NCBI RefSeq assembly: GCF_020969955.1 | Contig: NZ_JAHDSX010000054.1 | Location: 1-14,284, forward strand | Direction: 5' to 3' | Source: Allobaculum fili | GTDB taxonomy: Bacteria > Bacillota_I > Bacilli_A > Erysipelotrichales > Erysipelotrichaceae | Length of the DNA stretch: 14,284 nucleotides | Shown: piece by piece, positions 8,154-14,284 of the stretch | How the letters are laid out: each line of letters opens with the position of its first letter | Position numbering within the stretch: the first letter of the stretch is position 1 | The notes under the pieces: generated by a model | What the model saw: only the letters and a program-made list of their open reading frames with translations | Told to the model about the DNA's origin: nothing | Database searches by the model: none | Made by a program: the position numbers and the translations under genes

Positions 8154-8912
8154 ATGGAAGACGAAAAGAAAACAGTCGATACAGAAGAAGTAAAAGCGAC
8201 TGAAACGGCTGAAAAAGAACCAGCCGATACCCCCGAACTGCCAGATGTGCCAGAAGAAGAACTTCTCGAAGCACCGAAAGAAGAAGCACCGGCAGAAGAT
8301 ACAGAAGCCAAGGAAGATGCAGCGCGTACTGCAGCCATTGACGAAATGGAAAAAGCCACGCAGAAAGCACTGGATGCCATGCGCGAAAAAGACAATCCGG
8401 AAAATGCCAAAGTCGTGGACGATGCGGAAGAAGAAGCCAGAGAAATCTTTGATGATTTTTCCAAATGGATGAAAGACAATACGCAGCCGGAACGCCTGAA
8501 AGCGGAATTCAAGGTCGTATCCGAGAAAATCGCGGAAGTACTCGAAAACGCGCGCAAATCGGCGATCGCCGTTTCCCAGAGTGAGGACTTCAAAAAGACA
8601 ATGGAGTCCGGAAAGAACTTCGTACTCGGAACTGCCGGCCTGATCGGCGACGGTCTGAAATTCGGCTACGACAAGCTGATGGAAATCCCGGAACTGCGCA
8701 AGATCTCAGATAAAGTCAATGACAAAGTCGACGATCTGCGCCACAGCGAAACGCTTCGCAGCGCGGTTGACCGTTCCGAAGAAGGATTCAACCAGTTCAC
8801 AAACGCACTGTTTAGCGGCATCAAGTCGTTCTTCACTCAGCCGGAAGCCAAAGAGGGTAAAGAAGACAAACACGATCTGCCGGATCTGCCAGAAGATACA
8901 GATGGGGAATAA
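8154..8912 (+). CDS. Hypothetical acidic, predicted helical protein
   Basis: 252-aa ORF. An SD (GGAGGA) lies 6 nt upstream of the ATG. The N-terminal third is E/D/K/T-rich and the C-terminal part is probably alpha-helical. It sits where ytxH lies in Bacilli, but I saw no YtxH-type TM or Gly-rich motif. Confidence 0.6.
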   Translation: MEDEKKTVDTEEVKATETAEKEPADTPELPDVPEEELLEAPKEEAPAEDTEAKEDAARTAAIDEMEKATQKALDAMREKDNPENAKVVDDAEEEAREIFDDFSKWMKDNTQPERLKAEFKVVSEKIAEVLENARKSAIAVSQSEDFKKTMESGKNFVLGTAGLIGDGLKFGYDKLMEIPELRKISDKVNDKVDDLRHSETLRSAVDRSEEGFNQFTNALFSGIKSFFTQPEAKEGKEDKHDLPDLPEDTDGE

Positions 8913-8915
8913 GCA

Positions 8916-9938
8916 ATGAAACGAATTACAATTTACGATGTCGCCAAGGAAGCGGACGTATCCCTTGCGACCGTGTCCCGTGTTATTAACGACTCCCGCG
9001 TAGTCCGCGAAGATACCCGTCAGCGCGTACAGGAAGTCATTGAAAAGCTCGGCTATAAGCCCAATGCAGTAGCGCAGGGCCTCGCTCTGTCCAAGACGAC
9101 GACGGTTTCGATTGTCATGTCGGAAAAGCTGCTCGCCTACAACGCCCGCATTCTCAACGGACTGATGGACGTAGCGCACATTTACAACTACAACATCATG
9201 TTCCACACGACATCCAAGGGCATTTCCAAAATGCAGGATGTCATCGAATCCATTATCAAGTCCCGCGTTGACGGCGTCATTCTGTTTAATGACAATTTCA
9301 CGCAGGAAGAAATGGACGTACTCAACGAATACAAAGTGCCGATGGTCGTTGTCGGCAGCAAGTTTGAAGATTCCGAACACGAACACGTCGGCAACGTATT
9401 CGTTGACTTCGAACAGCTCGCCTACGATCTGGTCAAGGACTGCTTTGAAAAAGGCGTTACTGACATCGCCCTGATGGAAGACAAGCTCAACCTGTCCATG
9501 ATGACCCAGATGAAGCAGGGCATTTCCCGCGCCTTTGAAGACGCCGGCATGACGTTTGAAAACTATCTGTCCTATAACGATACGTACAAGACAAGCTACG
9601 AGTATTTCTCGGACTATCTCAAGACGCACAAGCCGCATACGCTGAACATCGCCTTCCGCGATTCGCAGGCGATCGCCATGCTGAACGCAGCCAAGGAAAA
9701 CGGCTATTCCGTTCCGGAAGATCTGCAGATTGTTACGGTACTCGATTCCAAGTATCTGCCGATGATGCGTCCGACGCTGAGCGCCTACAATGTGCCAGAA
9801 TACGACATGGGTGCGATCGCGATGCGTGTTCTGACAAAAATGCTCGTCGGCCAGGACGGCCAGAATCTCGAAAAGATCATCGAGATCAAAGCCTCTCCGA
9901 TTGCCAGAGAATCCACTCTGCCAAGCGAGCTCAAATAG
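8916..9938 (+). CDS. ccpA: LacI-family transcriptional regulator, CcpA-like
   Basis: The N-terminal HTH ITIYDVAKEADVSLATVSRVIN, LGYKPNAVAQGLA, TTTVSIVM, YDMGAIAMRVLTKML and the C-terminal IIEIK..ARESTL align along the full length with my recollection of B. subtilis CcpA. It starts 3 nt after the upstream stop. The CcpA assignment, as opposed to another LacI paralogue, is inference. Confidence 0.75.
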   Translation: MKRITIYDVAKEADVSLATVSRVINDSRVVREDTRQRVQEVIEKLGYKPNAVAQGLALSKTTTVSIVMSEKLLAYNARILNGLMDVAHIYNYNIMFHTTSKGISKMQDVIESIIKSRVDGVILFNDNFTQEEMDVLNEYKVPMVVVGSKFEDSEHEHVGNVFVDFEQLAYDLVKDCFEKGVTDIALMEDKLNLSMMTQMKQGISRAFEDAGMTFENYLSYNDTYKTSYEYFSDYLKTHKPHTLNIAFRDSQAIAMLNAAKENGYSVPEDLQIVTVLDSKYLPMMRPTLSAYNVPEYDMGAIAMRVLTKMLVGQDGQNLEKIIEIKASPIARESTLPSELK

Positions 9939-9953
9939 TATTTCAAAAAATCC

Positions 9954-9977
9954 AAAGCAGGCTTCAAGCCTGCTTTT
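9954..9977 (+). terminator. Rho-independent terminator after the ccpA-like gene
   Basis: AAAGCAGGC (9954-9962) pairs with GCCTGCTTT (9968-9976) around a short loop. A TTTT run at 9974-9977 follows. Confidence 0.75.
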
Positions 9978-10130
9978 CGACTGTTCAGGGCGTTTCGTCA
10001 AAACGAAACAGGCTGAACAAATAATCAAACCGAAAAACGAAAAACCGAACCTCCCGGTTTTGAAATCCAGGAGAGGGATCGTTCGGTTTCTCAAAACGGC
10101 ATACAAACGAATGTGGGGTAGAATGAAGCC

Positions 10131-10586
10131 ATGGAAATTGTTTTTAATCAAATGACGGACCATCTGCCGGATCACGATTACGTAAAGGATTACCAGACGA
10201 TCATGGAAAAAGCCGGACGGCTTATGAATCTTGACGACGATCTGGTCTGCTCCGTAATTTTTGTCGATCCCGAGCAGATTCATGAAATCAACCGCGACTA
10301 CCGGAACATTGACCGGCCAACGGATGTCATTTCGTTTGCGATGAAAGATGACTCTTCCAATATTTTCATTGAAGAAGAAGAAAAAGAGCTGGGCGATATT
10401 TTTATCAATACCCAGGCAGTGGAAGATCAGGCCAGAGAATACGGTCATTCCGTACGCCGTGAGTCCTGCTTCCTGTTCTGCCACGGCCTTCTGCATCTTT
10501 GCGGCTATGATCATATGACACCGGAAGATGAAAAAGTCATGTTTTCCTTACAGAAAGACATCCTTCATGAAGTGGCTGATCAATAG
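10131..10586 (+). CDS. ybeY: rRNA maturation endoribonuclease YbeY
   Basis: 151 aa with INRDYRNIDRPTDVISF and the zinc motif HGLLHLCGYDH. It aligns with B. subtilis YqfG/YbeY from the first Met. Confidence 0.93.
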   Translation: MEIVFNQMTDHLPDHDYVKDYQTIMEKAGRLMNLDDDLVCSVIFVDPEQIHEINRDYRNIDRPTDVISFAMKDDSSNIFIEEEEKELGDIFINTQAVEDQAREYGHSVRRESCFLFCHGLLHLCGYDHMTPEDEKVMFSLQKDILHEVADQ

Positions 10587-10926
10587 ATTTCGCTACGCCT
10601 TTTCCGGCGTTCGCTATGGAATGCTTCGCGATCGCAGCGTCCGCTTTCAGTTTGTTCTCGCCGCTCTGGCGATTGCGGCCGGGCTGATTCTGAAAATTTC
10701 CAGAAGCGACTGGCTGTGGATTATCCTGGCCGTCTGCCTGGTCATCATGGCGGAAATTTTTAATTCCTGTATCGAAAAAACCGTGGATTACATATCGGAA
10801 AAACGGGATCCGCGCGCCGGTCTGATCAAGGATATGGCCGCTGCTGCGGTTCTGATGGCTTCAGTCTTTGCGCTTTGCGCGGCCATGTTTATTTTTCTGC
10901 CGCCTTTTCTGGCCTGGTTTTCGTAA
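10567..10926 (+). CDS. dgkA: Diacylglycerol/undecaprenol kinase (DgkA family)
   Basis: 119 aa counted from the ATG at 10567 (MKWLINRFRYAFSGVRYG...). There are three hydrophobic segments and an EIFNSCIEKTVD motif typical of DgkA. It overlaps the ybeY 3' end by 20 nt. The track's upstream start at 10528 is less likely. Confidence 0.85.
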   Translation: MKWLINRFRYAFSGVRYGMLRDRSVRFQFVLAALAIAAGLILKISRSDWLWIILAVCLVIMAEIFNSCIEKTVDYISEKRDPRAGLIKDMAAAAVLMASVFALCAAMFIFLPPFLAWFS

Positions 10927-10987
10927 AGAAAAAACTTCTGGCTGGATCCGGATCAGTTCCGGTCTGCTTTAGAATGGAGAGTTTTGT

Positions 10988-11887
10988 ATGGCATCTTTTA
11001 AATCTGGATTTGTGGCTATCGTCGGCCGGCCCAATGCGGGTAAATCGACGCTTTTAAACGCTTTACTTGGCGAGAAAATCGCCATCATGTCAGATAAGCC
11101 GAATACGACACGAAACAATATCGCCGGCATTCTTTCCCAGGACGCTGCGCAGTTTGTCTTTGTGGATACGCCGGGCATTCATAAACCGCAGCAGGAACTT
11201 GGACGCGTCCTCAATAAAAACGCGTATATCGCTATGGAAGACGCGGATGTCGTGGCCTGGATTGTCGATGGAACGCAGTCCTTTGGCTCGGGCGACAATT
11301 TTATTCTCGAACGTCTCAAAACGCTTGGAAAACCGATTATTCTGCTTTTAAACAAAGTGGATAAGATGTCCCGCGAAAATCTGCTTAAACGTCTGAACTA
11401 CTGGTCCGGACTGTACGATTTTGCAGAAATCATCCCGCTCTCGGCTCTGAAACGCGAAAATATCGATGAAGTTCTGCACGTCTTCAAGGATTACCTGCCG
11501 GAAGGCGATCCGCTCTATCCGAGCGAAATGAAGAGCGACCACGGTCTGAACTTCCAGCTGACCGAACTCGTTCGCGAAAAGATCCTGCAGAAAACGCACG
11601 ACGAAATTCCGCATTCCATTGCGGTTCTGCTGGAAAGCATGGAAGAAGTCAACGGCAAGGTTTACCTGTCCTTTATCGTCATCGTCGACCGCGACTCGCA
11701 AAAAGGCATTCTGATCGGAAAGGGCGGCGACATGATCCGCTCCATCCGCATGAGCGCCCAGAAGGACATTAAGGAAAAACTGGGCAAGCCTGTCAACATC
11801 GAGCTGTATGTGCGCGTGGAAAAGAACTGGCGCAATAAGGAAAACAAAATTAAGGAATTCGGTCTGGACGAACTCTCCGACGACTGA
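10988..11887 (+). CDS. era: GTPase Era
   Basis: 299 aa with G1 GRPNAGKST, G3 DTPG, G4 NKVD and a C-terminal KH domain (ILIGKGGDMIRSI). An SD (GGAGAG) lies 6 nt upstream. Confidence 0.95.
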   Translation: MASFKSGFVAIVGRPNAGKSTLLNALLGEKIAIMSDKPNTTRNNIAGILSQDAAQFVFVDTPGIHKPQQELGRVLNKNAYIAMEDADVVAWIVDGTQSFGSGDNFILERLKTLGKPIILLLNKVDKMSRENLLKRLNYWSGLYDFAEIIPLSALKRENIDEVLHVFKDYLPEGDPLYPSEMKSDHGLNFQLTELVREKILQKTHDEIPHSIAVLLESMEEVNGKVYLSFIVIVDRDSQKGILIGKGGDMIRSIRMSAQKDIKEKLGKPVNIELYVRVEKNWRNKENKIKEFGLDELSDD

Positions 11888-11897
11888 CCGGTTTACT

Positions 11898-11940
11898 AGC
11901 TTCTGGTACAGACGACTCTGGCCAGAAGCTGTTTTCTTCT
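11898..11940 (+). terminator. Rho-independent terminator of era
   Basis: AGCTTCTGG (11898-11906) pairs with CCAGAAGCT (11922-11930). An inner CAGA/TCTG stem extends it. GTTTTCTTCT follows. Confidence 0.8.
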
Positions 11941-12056
11941 GGGCTTTTCCTGGGACGTGCAAATCCGGATAATAAGAGGCGTGCTGAGTACGGCAGGCTA
12001 CAAAGAAACGACATTGCCCTGCATTCTTGGCCGCGAGTCAGAAGGAGGAAAAACGC

Positions 12057-12884
12057 ATGGAAGAAGAAAATCAGTTTTTTGAGTCGGGCGAAGCGCGCAT
12101 TCAGTCCAGACAGGGGCTTGTTCTTTCCACAATGGACTACAAGGACAACGATGGCCTGATTACGATGGCGGATGAAAATGGAATTTTTAAAGTCTATGCC
12201 AAAGGCGTACAAAAGGAAACGTCCAAAAACCGCCGGCTGTTTCTGCCGTTTTCGCTTACCCGTATCGCTTACGATCCGAAGTATTCCCGGGATTTTCTGT
12301 TTCTGATCAACGGACAGGTGATCGAGTCGTACTGGAAAAATTCGTCATCGCTCGAATACCAGTGCATCAACCAGATCCTGACGTCCCTGATTCTTCGGCA
12401 CGACAGTACACCCGAAATTTATTACGATCTGCATTCGTTCTGGCAAAAGGCGCAGGAAGGCGAAATCGCGGATGCCCGACTGGCTGCGTGCAAGACGATG
12501 ATCGAAATTCTTCGTGAAGCAGGCGTTCTGATGAATGTGGATGAATGCACCGTCTGTTCGAGAACGGACCGGATCGCAGGCGTGTCCATCGAAACCGGCG
12601 GATTTGTCTGTCTTGACCATCTGGGCGAACACCAGCCCTGGCCCAAGGCAGATCTCATGCTGCTGCGTCGACTGACGCGCTATCCGTTAGAAAAGCTGTA
12701 TCGTCAGGATCTGCGCCCGCAGGACGATCAGTTTCTGCTCTGGCTGATGGAGTGGTATCAGTACACGACCGACAGCCGTCTGCGCTCTCTGGATCTGCTG
12801 AAACAGCTGATCGAAATGGGTGATCGAAAGAAAGACAAAACGTCTTCGAACCAATGCCATTCGGTTTTCCGGATAAAACAATGA
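12057..12884 (+). CDS. recO: DNA repair/recombination mediator RecO
   Basis: A strong SD (GAAGGAGGA) lies 7 nt upstream of the ATG at 12057, which I prefer over the track's TTG at 12027. There is an N-terminal OB-fold-like region and a Cys-rich zinc finger region (CTVCSRTDRIAGVSIETGGFVCLDH). Its position after era matches conserved synteny. Confidence 0.88.
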   Translation: MEEENQFFESGEARIQSRQGLVLSTMDYKDNDGLITMADENGIFKVYAKGVQKETSKNRRLFLPFSLTRIAYDPKYSRDFLFLINGQVIESYWKNSSSLEYQCINQILTSLILRHDSTPEIYYDLHSFWQKAQEGEIADARLAACKTMIEILREAGVLMNVDECTVCSRTDRIAGVSIETGGFVCLDHLGEHQPWPKADLMLLRRLTRYPLEKLYRQDLRPQDDQFLLWLMEWYQYTTDSRLRSLDLLKQLIEMGDRKKDKTSSNQCHSVFRIKQ

Positions 12885-12919
12885 TTTGAACCTAACCTGT
12901 CTCGGAAGTCGTACCTTCC

Positions 12920-12939
12920 TCACGGTGATATCACGGTGA
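12920..12939. repeat. Tandem direct repeat TCACGGTGA-TA-TCACGGTGA at the GC/AT transition
   Basis: The 9-nt unit occurs at 12920-12928 and again at 12931-12939. The junction also forms the 10-bp palindrome GTGATATCAC. It sits where composition drops toward the IS. Confidence 0.6.
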
Positions 12940-12940
12940 C

Positions 12941-14284
12941 ATTATCTTATTTGGATAAGTTTATCTTGTCTTTTGAAAAATTTGGCGCACTTAAAAAGAG
13001 CTGCTGTTCAGTATCTCCAAAACAATCTTAGTTGTATAAGAAAATTATCTACATTATTCGGTGCTGATTTGAGTCCGGTTTTCTTTGAGTATGCCGATCA
13101 AAATACCTGCCTTCTTTGACCTGTGATTTATGCTTCCAGATCTGCCTGAGCAGATATTCTTCATCCTGGAACTCGTAATTAAAGAACTTTCTAAGAAGCT
13201 CAAAGGCGAACTTCCGGTTGAGGACCGTTTTCCGTTTTGGCTGTTTCCTGGGAGCGGGTTGATGAATCTCGCAATAGGTGACGCCTGTGCTGCAGAGATT
13301 ACAAAAGGTCAGACGAGCCCAGATCTCCTGCTTAACCGCATCCATCTTTATGGCATGAATAGCCTGTAAACCTGTCGAATATTTCAATTCCAGGAAGCCT
13401 GTCTCAACAGACCATCTGGATTTATACAAATCGCGGATGTCCTCAATCGAAAACTCAGATTCAGGGAGACTGGTTATGAAGTACGGATATGGTTCAGGTG
13501 CGCCGGGTCTGGTGTCGGTATGAAGTTTCACAAGTCGAATGGTGAAATTGCACTCGCCATTTGCGTCCAGACAGGATTTATCTTTTCCGGCCAGCGGATA
13601 GTGGAGTGCGTCGCCTTTATACTTGGCCAGATTCTTTTTGACCAGAATCAGATTCTTTGTGATATCTACTTCCGGATCTATGTCGTATTCTTCTGCAATC
13701 TGTAGAAGAGCCTGATAGTCTCGTTTCTTCAGACGAATCAGAAACAGCTGCGCCAAATCCATGATCGCCTTTTCAAAACTGAAACCATGAAATCTTCGAT
13801 CCATGATAAATATCCCTTTTTCTGTGATTCGGCGCATCAGTTCAAGAGCACCGATGCGTTCGTTTTTCTTAGCGAGTTTCTGGATTTCTACATCTGTGAA
13901 GAGCTTATTATCTACGTCATAAGCAGCGACCACATGGGCTCCAGCCCGTTTGCGTTTTGGAGATTTGGTCCGGAGGAAGTCGTCGCTGTTCTTGTTAAAG
14001 GGTTCGAGATGCAGAGTGGAGCCATCAATGGCATACGTCGGGTAAAGATACTTGCGATCCTCAAATGCACCTGTAAGGAGCAGTCTGCTCATGACCTGGT
14101 CAAAGATGTCCTTAAAGAAGTCGGAACGGAGCTTGCTTCTAGCTTCGCTCAGTGCTGAATTGGCAAACTGGTTTTCTTCACAGAAGCCTGCATAAGAGGC
14201 AAGCTGGATCGGGAGATTCGTGCTCTGCATGGAGAAGATAAAGTCGACCAGCTTATCCAGAGGCAGCTTTTGGGTGTCACGACA
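12941..14284 (-). mobile_element. Partial IS4-family insertion sequence (left boundary approximate, right end outside the window)
   Basis: A transposase gene plus flanking DNA that is visibly more AT-rich than the core genes. The composition drop begins around 12940. The terminal inverted repeat cannot be defined without the other end. Confidence 0.6.
13049..14284 (-). CDS. IS4-family DDE transposase (5' end beyond the window edge)
   Basis: The reading frame stays open from the track Met (14230) to the window edge (…CRDTQKLPLDKLVDFIFSMQST…). Candidate DDE residues lie in YAIDGSTL, IFIMDRRFHGF and YKSRWSVETGFLELK. The last of these is the IS4-family Y-2-R-3-E-6-K signature. Confidence 0.88.
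   Translation of the reverse strand, partial: CRDTQKLPLDKLVDFIFSMQSTNLPIQLASYAGFCEENQFANSALSEARSKLRSDFFKDIFDQVMSRLLLTGAFEDRKYLYPTYAIDGSTLHLEPFNKNSDDFLRTKSPKRKRAGAHVVAAYDVDNKLFTDVEIQKLAKKNERIGALELMRRITEKGIFIMDRRFHGFSFEKAIMDLAQLFLIRLKKRDYQALLQIAEEYDIDPEVDITKNLILVKKNLAKYKGDALHYPLAGKDKSCLDANGECNFTIRLVKLHTDTRPGAPEPYPYFITSLPESEFSIEDIRDLYKSRWSVETGFLELKYSTGLQAIHAIKMDAVKQEIWARLTFCNLCSTGVTYCEIHQPAPRKQPKRKTVLNRKFAFELLRKFFNYEFQDEEYLLRQIWKHKSQVKEGRYFDRHTQRKPDSNQHRIM

Noticed and set aside
8497-8511. cre-like sequences (for example TGAAAGCGGAATTCA at 8497-8511 and TGAAAACGGAATTA near 1862)
   Set aside because: Each has at least two mismatches or wrong spacing relative to the TGWAANCGNTNWCA consensus, and each lies inside coding sequence. 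I found no convincing cre box in any promoter region.
9901-10155. 84-aa + strand ORF spanning the ccpA-like 3' end, its terminator and the ybeY start
   Set aside because: It crosses a terminator and several hairpins, is out of frame with both flanking genes, and has no SD.
8706-10514. 602-aa - strand ORF, the longest antisense ORF in the window
   Set aside because: It would run antisense through the end of the acidic protein gene, the whole CcpA-like gene, a terminator-containing intergenic region and most of ybeY. Its translation is a featureless F/V/I/R/H-rich string. The three sense genes each have strong family motifs. I judge it a chance absence of stops in the antisense frame.
10970-10975. 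TAGAAT hexamer upstream of era (the same hexamer also occurs at 2705 and 10119)
   Set aside because: At era it sits only 12 nt before the ATG and immediately upstream of the SD, so a transcript starting there would lack the SD. era is more simply co-transcribed with ybeY-dgkA. The recurrence of one 6-mer three times in 14 kb is not significant.
13130-14158. + strand ORFs (79, 61 and 123 aa) inside the transposase gene
   Set aside because: They are antisense shadow ORFs of the IS4 transposase, with no motifs or SDs.
1-14284. Search for CRISPR repeats, tRNA/rRNA, riboswitch or T-box leaders, toxin-antitoxin pairs and defence-island gene content
   Set aside because: I saw no periodic repeat-spacer structure and no tRNA T-loop or anticodon-arm patterns in the intergenic regions. 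There are no small paired ORFs and no nuclease, ATPase or methylase genes outside housekeeping roles. Apart from the IS, every sizeable ORF is either a recognisable core function or a low-complexity hypothetical embedded in a core operon.

Overview
This window is mostly ordinary core-genome DNA of a Bacillota (Firmicutes)-type bacterium. All core genes are on the + strand, tightly packed, with clear Rho-independent terminators between transcription units. Gene order is: pnp | pepV-like dipeptidase, trmB, thioredoxin-like (WCPDC), disordered hypothetical, murC | DUF948/YtxG-like membrane protein, acidic helical hypothetical, CcpA-like LacI regulator | ybeY, dgkA, era | recO. An IS4-family transposase follows on the - strand and runs off the right edge. 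I recall the same neighbourhoods in Bacillus subtilis (ytjP/trmB/ytpP...murC-ytxG...ccpA and ybeY-dgkA-era-recO). I found no rRNA, tRNA, CRISPR array, recognisable riboswitch, toxin-antitoxin pair or defence-type gene cluster. I do not see a convincing novel multi-gene system here. The points worth a second look are modest. They are a disordered protein with a SepF-like N-terminal helix that is translationally coupled to murC, and an Arg/Gly/His-rich C-terminal tail on PNPase. There is also a palindrome- and repeat-rich AT-rich control region upstream of the ytxG-like/ccpA-like unit, a long ORF-poor region upstream of pnp, and a hairpin-rich region upstream of a possibly leaderless ybeY. The last is the lower-GC IS insertion just downstream of recO. 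The many long antisense ORFs in the track are shadow ORFs of the real genes.
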